Source: an uncultured Acidobacteriota bacterium (GTDB taxonomy: Bacteria; Acidobacteriota; UBA6911). Taken from it: DNA of 64,000 nt. The notes below the pieces were generated by a model. It saw nothing but the letters and a program-made list of their open reading frames with translations, was not told the origin of the DNA and ran no database searches. A program made the position numbers and the translations under genes. Below, one piece after another: positions 1 through 8,949 of this stretch. Every line of letters starts with the position of its first letter. Positions within the stretch are counted from its first letter, which is position 1. The stretch covers positions 13,444-77,443 of the forward strand of contig CAZHQK010000014.1 of assembly GCA_964534795.1 (NCBI GenBank), read 5' to 3'.

Positions 1-1
1 G

Positions 2-244
2 CATTTCGACCCGGGCGATCTCGAGCGGCTGTTCCCCGATCTGCGCGAGTACGAGGCCGACGGGCGATTGCGCCTGGATGCGCAGCGCGCGCTCGAGCTG
101 GCGGCGTCCATGGAGAGGCGTTCGGCGGAGTATTTCCGGCGTTTCGCCGAGGAGTTCGAGGACTCGGCGGGCAAGGAGATTCTGCGCCGCTACGCCGAGC
201 GGGAGATGGAGCATTGCGCCCGCATCGCCGGGGCGAACGGGTAG
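2..244 (+). CDS. Rubrerythrin/ferritin-like protein, C-terminal fragment (5' end lies outside the window)
   Basis: In-frame ORF from window position 2 to TAG at 242-244. Translation ...EYFRRFAEEFEDSAGKEILRRYAEREMEHCARIAGANG has a ferritin-like four-helix-bundle character (E..H, EE motifs). Confidence 0.45.
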   Translation, partial: HFDPGDLERLFPDLREYEADGRLRLDAQRALELAASMERRSAEYFRRFAEEFEDSAGKEILRRYAEREMEHCARIAGANG

Positions 245-257
245 CCGGTCTCGCACG

Positions 258-706
258 CCGCGCGGGACCGGTGTCCATGTGGCCCCGGAGGGGCCCTGAG
301 CTGGTAGCCGGGGGTGAGCCGCAGGCGGGGCATCCGAAATCGCAGCGATGCGGTTCGGGGCGATCATCCGGCCCCGGAGGGGCCCTGAGCCGGTAGCCGG
401 GGGTGAGCCGCAGGCGAGGCATCCGAAATCGACGCGATGCGGTTCGGGGCGATCATCCAGCCCCGGAGGGGCCCTGAGCTGGTAGCCGGGGGTGAGCCGC
501 AGGCGAACCCCCGGAAAGGATCGTAGCGATCAGGCGAGCCCCGGAGGGCCGACAGAATTCGATTGGGTGCGGTTTTTCCGCCGGCCCTTCAGGGCTTGTC
601 GCATGCCGTCACGTTTTCTCCAGGTTCGCTTCCGCTCACCTGGAGCTACCAGCTTCCGTCCCTTCGGGACGGACATTTCCCGCGCGCCGCGGCAGACCTA
701 CCTGCG
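258..706 (+). repeat. Structured intergenic repeat, copy A: two 89-bp tandem head modules (281-369, 370-458), then a full unit (459-706) ending in the GC-palindromic tail ...cgcgcgccgcggcagacctacc
   Basis: Head ggccccggaggggccctgagc(c/t)ggtagccgggggtgagccgcaggcg occurs three times at an 89-bp period. The same roughly 250-bp unit recurs at four other loci in the window. Confidence 0.85.
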
Positions 707-714
707 TGCCGGAA

Positions 715-2265
715 CTACGGCCGCGCCTTGCGCGGGTATTTCGGCAGATCCTGCAAGCACCAGCGCATGAAGTCGCGCAGGTCGTTGTTCGCATTGGCGA
801 GATCGGCTTTCCTCAGATACATCATGTGCCCGCTCTCGTACCACGCGAAGCGGAAGCGGTCGCGGAATTCCCCGCCGGGCTGCAGGTGCGAAATCGTATA
901 CACCGCACTGAAATAGTCCGTCGCCGCGTCGAAATACCCCCCCTGGACCATCACCTTGAGATAGGGATTGTCGCGCATCGCCTGGCGCAGCAGCTCGCCC
1001 ACATTCGTCGCTTCGTCGCGCTGCCAGGGCCGCACGTTGCCCCACACGTGGTACTCCAGGTCGGTCTCGTAGCGCAGCTCCTCGCGCAGGTAGCGGTTCA
1101 CGGCGTTGCCGAAGGGGCCGTTCCAGTCCGCCATCGCCGGATCGTATTCGGGATTTTCGCCGGCGGCGTCCCGGTCCACTCCCAGGTAGCGGCTGTCCAG
1201 GCGGCCCACCGTCAGGCGCTGGTCGCGCAGGAGCTCCTTCCAGAAGCGGCGCGCATCGATGCGCAGGTTCGTCGAGGTGACGTATTCGGGCGTGAGCCCG
1301 GTGTAGCGCGCCACCTTGCGGGCGATCTCGTCGCGCTCGGCATCGCCGAGCCGATCTCCCTTCACCAGGGCCTTCAGATAGTCGCCCATGGCGAACGCTT
1401 CGACCTCGTCCAGCAGTTTCCGGAGCGGGCGGGACTGCAGATCCGCCGGCAACTGCCGGTGGTACCAGGCGGTGGCGGCGCGCTGGGGCAGCGTCGTGGC
1501 ATAGGAAACGTCGGCCCCGCGCTCCATGTCGAGGTTGGTCATCGAAACCAGGATGACGCCGTTGAGATATATCTGGTGCTGCCGCAACAGATGACCGGCA
1601 AGTCCCGAAGCGCGCGTCGTCCCGTAGCTTTCCCCGATGACGAACTTGGGCGACATCCAGCGGTCCTTCTTCACCAGAAAGACGCGGATGAATTCGGCCA
1701 CCGACTGGATGTCGGTCAGCGTGCCGTGGTACTTGTGCAGATCCTCCCCTTCGACCATGCGGCTGAAGCCGGTGGCCACCGGATCGATATAGACGATGTC
1801 GGCGGCATCGATGATCGAATGCGGATTGTCTTCCAGCTTGCCGGGCGGCACGGGCGCGAAGCCCTCGTCATCGTAAACCACGCGCCGCGGCCCGGTGTAT
1901 CCCAGGTGCATCCAGACCGAGGCCGTGCCCGGCCCGCCGTTGAAAGAAAAGATCAGCGGCCGCGTGCTCAGGTCCTGGATGCCGTCGCGCGTGTAGGCGA
2001 CATAGAACATCTTGGCCGTGAGCTTGCCGGCTTCGCGAATCGGCAGCCAGCCGGCCTCCGCCGTGTAGCTGATCGCCTGGCCGTTGATGCGGGCCGTGTG
2101 CTGGGTGACGGCGGGCTTGTCGGGCAGAAGCTCGGCCTCCTTGCCCGCCTTGTTGGCCGCAGGAGCCTGGGGAGCGCTGCGCGCTTCCTGGGCCGCGACG
2201 GGCAGCACGCCCCGGACCACCCACAAGGCCATCAAGAGAATCGGAAGCAGCTGTCGAATCCTCAT
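715..2265 (-). CDS. Secreted serine carboxypeptidase, peptidase S10 family
   Basis: 516 aa. N-terminal signal peptide MRIRQLLPILLMALWVV. GESYG active-site serine motif (VIGESYGTTRASG). AGGAGG RBS 6 nt upstream of the ATG at 2265; the ORF-track start at 2295 is less likely. Confidence 0.8.
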   Translation of the reverse strand: MRIRQLLPILLMALWVVRGVLPVAAQEARSAPQAPAANKAGKEAELLPDKPAVTQHTARINGQAISYTAEAGWLPIREAGKLTAKMFYVAYTRDGIQDLSTRPLIFSFNGGPGTASVWMHLGYTGPRRVVYDDEGFAPVPPGKLEDNPHSIIDAADIVYIDPVATGFSRMVEGEDLHKYHGTLTDIQSVAEFIRVFLVKKDRWMSPKFVIGESYGTTRASGLAGHLLRQHQIYLNGVILVSMTNLDMERGADVSYATTLPQRAATAWYHRQLPADLQSRPLRKLLDEVEAFAMGDYLKALVKGDRLGDAERDEIARKVARYTGLTPEYVTSTNLRIDARRFWKELLRDQRLTVGRLDSRYLGVDRDAAGENPEYDPAMADWNGPFGNAVNRYLREELRYETDLEYHVWGNVRPWQRDEATNVGELLRQAMRDNPYLKVMVQGGYFDAATDYFSAVYTISHLQPGGEFRDRFRFAWYESGHMMYLRKADLANANNDLRDFMRWCLQDLPKYPRKARP

Positions 2266-2548
2266 ACATGTCCTCCTGTGATAGCGCAGGGGCAAGAACG
2301 AGAGCCGTCACGTGCCCCCGGGACCATCGCCAATCCTTATCCTTGCGCGCCGATCATACAACAGCGCGGCGGAGTGCGCCGCCACGATTTTGGATCGCTG
2401 CGGACTTCACCGCACCGCGGCGCACCGCCGCGATTTCGGAAGGGTGCGCCCGGAAGAGACCGACCCTTCAATTGTTAACTTTTTGAACGAATTGTGCCGA
2501 TCTGTCCAACAGACCGGCAGGGAGCCGGTGTGTACGACGGATGAGCCC

Positions 2549-3160
2549 ATGAACAGGCTTTGGCCGGCGGTTATTCTCGGATGCTGCATGCCCGGGCGCC
2601 TGTGCGCTCAGAACATCACCGATACGTCCAACGGGACAATGAGCGCGGTGATCAGCTTCACGGTGACGCCGGGCACTTCGAACACCCCGGTGGCGCGCAC
2701 GGTCAGTTTCCGCATACGCTGCGCCGACGCTTCCGGCTACCACGTGGCCGCCTCGGCGAGTTACGTGGCCGTCCCGGGCGCGCCGGCCGACGGCGGGGCG
2801 ACGATCGCGGCATCCGATATAGGCGTGGGCATCACCTCGGTCGACACCTCGAGCTCGCAGGTCATCAAACCGAGAACCGATACCATCGCCTACGGCTTCG
2901 CTTACGATCCCGGCGCGGTGAGCGCCCCCAACGGTCTCACGCCGTACGCGGGGCGCGCCGCGGGGCAGGCAACCGTGGCCGACCTCGTCGGCAGCCCGGG
3001 CACCACGATACTGAGCGGCGACCGTATCGCCGCCAGCGAGAACCCGAGCGATCCCGACAACTACATCACGGTGACCGTGACCTTCGCCTTGCTGCCCCAG
3101 TACTTCACCCCCGGCACCTTCACGGTCGCCCTGACCCTGAGCATCATGAACGGACCCTAG
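2549..3160 (+). CDS. Secreted pilin-like subunit 1 (SCPU/Csu-type sigma-fimbrial subunit candidate)
   Basis: 203 aa. Signal peptide MNRLWPAVILGCCMPGRLCAQ. Thr/Ser/Gly-rich. C-terminal motif LLPQYFTPGTFTVALTLSI shared with the next gene (paralogue). The first gene of the operon. Confidence 0.6.
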   Translation: MNRLWPAVILGCCMPGRLCAQNITDTSNGTMSAVISFTVTPGTSNTPVARTVSFRIRCADASGYHVAASASYVAVPGAPADGGATIAASDIGVGITSVDTSSSQVIKPRTDTIAYGFAYDPGAVSAPNGLTPYAGRAAGQATVADLVGSPGTTILSGDRIAASENPSDPDNYITVTVTFALLPQYFTPGTFTVALTLSIMNGP

Positions 3161-3193
3161 GCAATGGAAACCCATCTGGAGGAGATAGCCACC

Positions 3194-3844
3194 ATGAAAA
3201 CCGGCAAGCTGTTTTTGTTCGGCGCGCTTGTCCTCATGTTCGCCGGCGCGGCGCAGGCGCAGACATCGGGGACGATCACCATCACGGGAACGGATCCGGA
3301 GGCCTTTTCGATCACCAACACCTCGGACGCCACCCTGAGCGCCACCATCATTCTCGGCACCCTGACGCCCGCCACCGGCGGCACGCTGACGAGCGGGACC
3401 GCCCAGATACGCCTGCGCAGCAACAAGGCCTACCAGCTGACTGCGCAGGCCACGGCGCTCAGCTTCACCGGTGCCGGAGCGGCCGACGGCGGCGCAAGCA
3501 TTGCGCTGAGCGATTTCGGTTTCGGCATCGCCTCGATCGATGCCAGCGGCGCCAACGTCGCCAACGCAACCGGCCATACGGTGGTGTCGCTCTTCAACTA
3601 CGATCCGCGCAGCGTTTCCGTGACCAACGGCCTGACCCCGTTCGTTCCCAGCACCCACGGGACGCTCGACGACATCACCACGAGCACGCAGATCCTCAGC
3701 GGGCCGCGCATCAGCGCGCAGGGGAATATCTCGACCGACAACAACTTCATCCTGGTGACGCTGGCGGTCGCCACGCTGCCGCAGTATTTCACGCCCAACT
3801 CGAGCTTCTCCACCACCGTCACCCTGACGATCGCTTCGCAATGA
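3194..3844 (+). CDS. Secreted pilin-like subunit 2 (paralogue of 2549-3160)
   Basis: 216 aa. GGAGGA RBS 11 nt upstream of ATG 3194. Signal peptide MKTGKLFLFGALVLMFAGAAQAQ. C-terminal LPQYFTPNSSFSTTVTLTIA motif. Its stop overlaps the next start (ATGA). Confidence 0.6.
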   Translation: MKTGKLFLFGALVLMFAGAAQAQTSGTITITGTDPEAFSITNTSDATLSATIILGTLTPATGGTLTSGTAQIRLRSNKAYQLTAQATALSFTGAGAADGGASIALSDFGFGIASIDASGANVANATGHTVVSLFNYDPRSVSVTNGLTPFVPSTHGTLDDITTSTQILSGPRISAQGNISTDNNFILVTLAVATLPQYFTPNSSFSTTVTLTIASQ

Positions 3845-4731
3845 GCCAGGTGCCTGCCATGATCATCCGGCTGCTGGATCTCGTTACCGCAGTGCTCCTG
3901 CTGGCGCCGGGCCTGCCGGCCGATCCCGGGCCCGGAGCCGCCCGCACGGCAGGGTTGGGGCTCAATCCCGCGCGCATCGAAGTGGAGATCCTCCCGGGCG
4001 GCGAAAAAACCGTCGGTTTTCGCATCGAGTCGCCGCCGTCGGACGCGCCGGTGCAGGGCCGGCTGATGCTTTCGCTCACCGATTGGAACATCGACGAACA
4101 GGCCAATGTGAGCTACCTGGATCCGGGCTCGCTGCCCGACTCGGCCTCTCCCTGGATCGTCTTCAGCCCGGCGGCCGTGAACATTTCTTCCGGCGAGAGC
4201 CAGCTTGTACGCATCACGGTGAGAGTCCCCGAATCCGCGCGGCCCGGCGTCTATCGCAGCGGCATCCTCGTCCAGGAACGCCCCCCGGCGACGCCCCCGA
4301 GGCCCGGCGAGCACCTGCTTTACTTCCGCTTCCGTTACGCGTTCACGCTCTATGTGATCGTGCCCCCCGTTGCGGGCCGGGGCGAACTCCTGGATGTGCG
4401 CCTGGAGGCAGGCGCCGGCGGCGTCGCACTGGTCTGCCGCATGCAGAACACGGGGTCGCGCCACGTGCGCCCGCGCATCAGCTGGTCGATCCGCGACGGC
4501 GAGCAGCAGCCGGTCGCCGTACTCAAGAACAAGGAATCCACCGTCCTGCTGCCCTTCTCGACCATGACGGTCCGCTTTCCGGTTGCCGGCAGCCTGCCTC
4601 CGGGCCGTTACGAGATCGATGCCCAGGTGGATTTCAACGATGGAGGTTCTCTGCAGGCCGCCCGGCGCGCGGTCCTGCTCGCCGCGGACGGCGAAAGAGC
4701 CGCTGCGGCCGGGACCGTGAAGCCTCGGTAA
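3841..4731 (+). CDS. Periplasmic pilus-chaperone-like protein (two Ig-like beta domains predicted)
   Basis: 296 aa. ATGA overlap with the upstream pilin gene. Signal peptide MSQVPAMIIRLLDLVTAVLLLAPGLPA. Beta-rich composition. Sits between the pilin and usher-like genes. Only the last 296 codons of track ORF 2560-4731 are coding. Confidence 0.5.
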   Translation: MSQVPAMIIRLLDLVTAVLLLAPGLPADPGPGAARTAGLGLNPARIEVEILPGGEKTVGFRIESPPSDAPVQGRLMLSLTDWNIDEQANVSYLDPGSLPDSASPWIVFSPAAVNISSGESQLVRITVRVPESARPGVYRSGILVQERPPATPPRPGEHLLYFRFRYAFTLYVIVPPVAGRGELLDVRLEAGAGGVALVCRMQNTGSRHVRPRISWSIRDGEQQPVAVLKNKESTVLLPFSTMTVRFPVAGSLPPGRYEIDAQVDFNDGGSLQAARRAVLLAADGERAAAAGTVKPR

Positions 4732-4789
4732 CCGATCTCCGATGGCGGCGTCGCCCCCGGTCCCTGTGCATGCAGGGAGACGAGCCATC

Positions 4790-7621
4790 ATGAAAGCCGC
4801 CCCACGCAGATTGTTCAGGATCCCGGCCGGCATGCCGTGGCTGCTCGCAACCTGCCTCGCTGCGCCGAGCCCGGCCGCCGCCCAGGCGCTGCAACCCACG
4901 CTCGTCGTCGGCGGCAATCCGCTGGTGACGGCCCGTCCCGCGACGCGGATCGGAGAAGAATGGTTCCTCCCCCTGATCCCGATCGCCGAGGCTCTGGGGA
5001 TCGAGGTCGAGGTCGATCCCGGCAGCCTGACCTTGCGCGCCCGGCGCCGGGACGGCACCCAAGTCGTCTATGACGGGCGCACGGGCGAGATCAGGCTGGG
5101 GCACGTGCACGTGGGCCGGCTCGAAGATCACCGGCAGGTCAGCCTGGCCGTTCCGCGCGACGATCTTCTCTTCCCCCTCAACGGCGTGGTCGCGCTGCTC
5201 GGCGTCGAAATCCAGGAGGACCGCGCGCACGCCGCCCTGCGCATCGAGCCCGCAGGGAGCGGAGCGCGCGCGGTCCCGTCCGCGCTCAGCGTGAGCACCC
5301 TGGGTTATGACTACGGCTTCACCACGAACACGGACGATTACAGCCAGTTCGTCGCGCTGCATGGAACCGGCCTTGCGCAGGCCGCCCGATTGAAAGGAAA
5401 CCTCCTCCTCAGCCGCTATCCGGGGCAGTCGGGACTGAATTTCAGCCAGGGAACGCTGCAGGCGGAATTCCCCGGCCGGCGCCGGCTGCTGCTCGGCGAT
5501 CAGGCCGTTTACTCGGGATTGGAAGCCCTGGGCGATGCGGTGCGCGGCGCGGGCATGCAACTGCCGCTCGCAGGATACGATGCGCACTTCTACGGCGGCC
5601 GCTCGATGAGCGCCGCCTTCGCCTCGCTGGGCGGCGGATTTTCCCGCTACGACGCCGGAATCGCCGGCTTCGCGCTGCGGCGGAAAACGGCGGCGCGCGA
5701 CCTGTCGTTCGGCGGGCACTACTTCGACGGCGAGGAGCGCCGGGGCGCGGCCGCGGGCGTCTCCTACGGGCGGGCCGACGCTGGCAATCAGTTCGCTTCC
5801 CAGATCGTTTTCGGGCGATTTTCCGGACAGAGCACGCGCAGCGCCGACGAGCCGATCACCGTGGACGGGCCGGCGCTCGGCCTGACCGTGACGGACACCT
5901 ACATACCGGTGCGCCGGCTCTCCGTCAGCGGTCGCTTCGACAGCTACGGCCGGAACTTTCTCACGCCTCGCGCCGACCCGCGCTTCCAGGGGCAGACGGC
6001 CGCCGCCTTTTCCGCCGTATTCCGGCCGAATACCTCGGTCAGCCTCACAGCGGGAGTCCACAGGCGGACATACCTGGTCGGAAACCGCGGTGGGCTCGGC
6101 GGCTACAATCTGGGGGCTCAGGCCGTGCTCCCGCACCGGCATCCGTTGCAGTTCGGGTTCTTCCGCTCCGTGCAGGGCGACCCTGCGGCGCCGGGCGTGA
6201 AGACTTCTTTGACCCAGGTCTCGCTCGCGCTGCCCCAGTCCGGCCGGTATACCGCGTATGCTCATTACACCGCCATGGGATTCGCCGGCACACGCGCGCA
6301 CGAGCTCGACGGCATCCTGGCCATCGACTTCCGGGACCGCGGCCGCCTGGTCGTGCACGACCACGTGCAGTTCGGCGGCCATCACCGCCTGGGCGCCGAC
6401 TGGTACCTGGACATGCCCCGGAGGGGCGGGTTCATCCGCGCCGGCATCGACCGTGCGGCCGTTCGCGGCGAGCGCGCCGGCTTCTATCCCCTGGTCGGCT
6501 TCAGAGTGCGCCTGCCGCACGGGCACAGCCTGCAGCTGACGTATCTTTCGGACCGCGGCAACCGCACGTTGCGCGTGGAGATCGGAGGCAGCCTGGTGAG
6601 GGAGCCGGAATTTGCGGGCCGCACCACACCCGGCACGCTCGTGCGCCCGGCACGCGTGACGGGCCGGGCTTACCTGGATCGCGACCTCGACGGAACGTTC
6701 GCCAGCGGCACGGACAGGCCCGTTGCCGATATCCCCGTTTTCCTCGACGGCGTGCACGTTGCGTCTACGGATGCCCAGGGCATGTTTTGCGTGGAGGGCG
6801 TGATTCCGGGCGCGCACACGCTGCGCGCCGGCCTCGAAGGAGTACCGGCCGACATGGTCTTTGCCGGCCCGGCGGAAAAGACCGTCGCGGTTATTCCTTT
6901 CCGCGATAACGTTGTCGACTTCCGCCTGGCTCGCACGGGGCGCATCGGCGGCAGGATCTCCTACCTGGACTACGGAGGCGACCCGGAGGCTCCCGTGGAA
7001 AGGCCCCTTCCCGATGTGCGCATTCTCGCCGGGAGCGAGCATGACGCCTATTCGGAAGCGAACGGCAGGTTCATGCTTGGTGACCTGCCGCCGGGTACCT
7101 ACGAGCTGAGGCTGGATCCCGATACATTGCCCCCGGGCTACGAGCCCCGGCTGCCGGCCCTGGCGGTGATCGTCGCGCCCGGAGAAACCGTCCAGGGCGC
7201 CGATTTCCTGCTGGTCGTCCCCCCCAAACCGATAGTCGAAAAATCCCTGCCGCCCATGGTGGCCACGCAGCCCGAGGGCCCGGCAGCGCAGGCTGCCGGA
7301 TCCCGCGCAAGCGGCGCGGATGAAAACCAGGCCGAGCCTCCCGCGCCCGCTCTCCCGGCCGTGGAGCGCAAACCGCCGCCAAGCCCCGTGGCATTCGAGA
7401 TCCAGGTCTTTTCCTCGCGCGTTCGCAAGGAGGCGCAAGAGCGCGCCGAGCAGTTGCGCCGCGCGGGCTATTCGCCCATCGTGCGGCGCGCCCGCCTCGG
7501 CAACGGCGAGCTCTGGTACCGCGTCCGGCTCGCGGGCTTCGACTCGCGCGCAAGCGCCGCCGCCGCCGGCGAAGTGCTCATCGCCAAGAAGCTCGCGGAA
7601 TCCTACTGGGTGATTCCATAA
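4790..7621 (+). CDS. Large outer-membrane usher-like protein with two CarboxypepD_reg/CnaB-like domains and a C-terminal SPOR (peptidoglycan-binding) domain
   Basis: 943 aa. Signal peptide MKAAPRRLFRIPAGMPWLLATCLAAPSPAAAQA. Gly/Tyr/Arg-rich beta-barrel-like middle region. C-terminal EIQVFSSRVRKEAQERAEQLRRAGYSPIVRRARLGNGELWYRVRLAGF matches the SPOR fold signature. The opposite-strand 1047-aa ORF is a shadow frame. Confidence 0.55.
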   Translation: MKAAPRRLFRIPAGMPWLLATCLAAPSPAAAQALQPTLVVGGNPLVTARPATRIGEEWFLPLIPIAEALGIEVEVDPGSLTLRARRRDGTQVVYDGRTGEIRLGHVHVGRLEDHRQVSLAVPRDDLLFPLNGVVALLGVEIQEDRAHAALRIEPAGSGARAVPSALSVSTLGYDYGFTTNTDDYSQFVALHGTGLAQAARLKGNLLLSRYPGQSGLNFSQGTLQAEFPGRRRLLLGDQAVYSGLEALGDAVRGAGMQLPLAGYDAHFYGGRSMSAAFASLGGGFSRYDAGIAGFALRRKTAARDLSFGGHYFDGEERRGAAAGVSYGRADAGNQFASQIVFGRFSGQSTRSADEPITVDGPALGLTVTDTYIPVRRLSVSGRFDSYGRNFLTPRADPRFQGQTAAAFSAVFRPNTSVSLTAGVHRRTYLVGNRGGLGGYNLGAQAVLPHRHPLQFGFFRSVQGDPAAPGVKTSLTQVSLALPQSGRYTAYAHYTAMGFAGTRAHELDGILAIDFRDRGRLVVHDHVQFGGHHRLGADWYLDMPRRGGFIRAGIDRAAVRGERAGFYPLVGFRVRLPHGHSLQLTYLSDRGNRTLRVEIGGSLVREPEFAGRTTPGTLVRPARVTGRAYLDRDLDGTFASGTDRPVADIPVFLDGVHVASTDAQGMFCVEGVIPGAHTLRAGLEGVPADMVFAGPAEKTVAVIPFRDNVVDFRLARTGRIGGRISYLDYGGDPEAPVERPLPDVRILAGSEHDAYSEANGRFMLGDLPPGTYELRLDPDTLPPGYEPRLPALAVIVAPGETVQGADFLLVVPPKPIVEKSLPPMVATQPEGPAAQAAGSRASGADENQAEPPAPALPAVERKPPPSPVAFEIQVFSSRVRKEAQERAEQLRRAGYSPIVRRARLGNGELWYRVRLAGFDSRASAAAAGEVLIAKKLAESYWVIP

Positions 7622-7640
7622 CGGCGATTCAGACACCGGC

Positions 7641-7967
7641 ACTGGTCCGCCGCGCCCGTCGGTCCGCCGCGCACGTAGGTCCGCCGCGGCCCTGCGCGCG
7701 GGAAATGTCCGTCCCGGAGGGACGGAAGCTGGTAGCTCCAGGTGAGCGGAAGCGAACCTGGAGGAAAGGCAGGGCATGCGACAAGCCCCGAAGGGCCGGC
7801 AGAAAGATACGTCAGGAAGCCCGGTCTGCCGGCCCTCCGGGGCTGCGACGATCGATACGCCCCTTTCCGGGGGTTCGCCTGCGGCTCACCCCCGGCTACC
7901 GGCTCAGGGCCCCTCCGGGGCCGGATGGTAGGCCCGCCGCTTTGCCCGACTCGACGGCGGGCCAGGT
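7641..7967 (-). repeat. Structured intergenic repeat, copy B (reverse orientation), flanked by a triplicated ggtccgccgcg short direct repeat (7645-7690)
   Basis: The reverse complement of 7672-7922 aligns along its full length to the 35302-35545 unit (head ggccccggaggggccctgagccggtagccgggggtgagccgcaggcgaacccccggaaagg ... tail ccgcggcggacctac). Confidence 0.85.
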
Positions 7968-8006
7968 CCTCGATGTGCGCACGGCGGTCCGCCAGGCGCA
8001 AGCGCG

Positions 8007-8852
8007 TCATGCGCGCGGGCCGAACTGGGGAGCGCGCAGGCGCTCGGCGTGGTCGCGCACCATGGTGGTGAGCAGCGGGTCGGCGAGCCGCAGGAAGCGT
8101 GCTGCCGGCTGCTGCTCCAGCTTCATGGCCGGGTCCTTCTCGAAGCCGATCTCCAGGAAGATCATCGACTGGTTGGCCAGCTCGACGACGGCCGCAAGCT
8201 TGCAATACTTGCCCGCCGCCGCGTGGTCGTGGTGGTGCAGGATCGCCTCGGCAAGATGATTGGGGAATCTCCAGCGCTCCGCCACCAGGGCGCCCACCTC
8301 GGCGTGGGTGAACCCGAAGCGCTCGCTCTCGGCCCGGCGGAAGGTTCTTTCGCCGCGGTGGACCAGGTTGAGGATTTCCAGGTAGCGGGGCTCGTGGTTT
8401 TTCAGGAAGACCACCTTGCCGATGTCGTGCAGCAGGCCGGCGGTGAAGGCCTCCTCGGGGTTGTGGTAGTCGATGCAGCGCGCGATGGCCCTGGCCAGCA
8501 CGGCCGCCCCCCAGGAATGCTGCCAGAACAGCTGGGAGGCCAGTCCCGCCGGGCGGCCGCCGTTGCCCTGGTGCAGCTGCTCGACCGAGGCCGCGATCAG
8601 GATGGAGCGCAGCGTCTGCAGGCCCAGAATGCTCACGGCGTGCGTCAGCGTGGACACTTCGCGCTGGAAGGAAAACATCGCGGAATTGACGATTTTCAGT
8701 ATGCGTGCGGTCAGCGCCTGATCCTGGGCGATCACCGCCTGGAGTTCGCGCGCCGACGTGTCGGGCTTTTCCGAAAGGCGCAGCGCCTTCATGGCGATCA
8801 TCGGGAATGGCGGCAGGTCTCCCGCCCGGGCGGCGATTTCTTCGGCGTTCAT
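8007..8852 (-). CDS. HDOD domain signalling protein
   Basis: 281 aa. HD-related output domain signature (ILKIVNSAMF, GLLHDIGKVVF, HHHDH). The 418-aa extended ORF (to 8859/7603) is a frame artefact. Confidence 0.75.
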   Translation of the reverse strand: MNAEEIAARAGDLPPFPMIAMKALRLSEKPDTSARELQAVIAQDQALTARILKIVNSAMFSFQREVSTLTHAVSILGLQTLRSILIAASVEQLHQGNGGRPAGLASQLFWQHSWGAAVLARAIARCIDYHNPEEAFTAGLLHDIGKVVFLKNHEPRYLEILNLVHRGERTFRRAESERFGFTHAEVGALVAERWRFPNHLAEAILHHHDHAAAGKYCKLAAVVELANQSMIFLEIGFEKDPAMKLEQQPAARFLRLADPLLTTMVRDHAERLRAPQFGPRA

Positions 8853-8949
8853 CGCGCAACCTCCGGTTTCAGGAAATCCTATCGTTGCGCGGAGGCGCGG
8901 ACTGTAGGACTTTGCCTGGTGCGCGCGTCTTTGCCGGGCGCAGCACGCG

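Noticed and set aside
281-458. Possible CRISPR array (regularly spaced 47-bp repeats)
   Set aside because: The 42-bp inter-repeat segments are near-identical to each other, so they are not unique spacers. The repeat is part of the larger dispersed element. No cas genes are present.
492-770. Small ORFs beginning MSRRRTPGK inside every repeat copy (also 35336-35593, 41885-, 53979-54272)
   Set aside because: They start at GTG within the conserved head. They shift frame between copies because the loops differ in length, so there is no conserved protein. Nucleotide-level and structural conservation explains them.
2560-4731. 723-aa ORF spanning both pilin genes in another frame
   Set aside because: Only its last 296 codons (from ATG 3841, overlapping the upstream stop) have protein-like composition. 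The upstream part is an Arg/His/Gly-rich shadow of the pilin genes.
4634-7777. 1047-aa ORF antisense to the usher-like gene
   Set aside because: No signal peptide, domain or RBS. The sense-strand protein has a signal peptide, CarboxypepD_reg-like domains and a SPOR domain. Long antisense ORFs are expected at about 70% GC.
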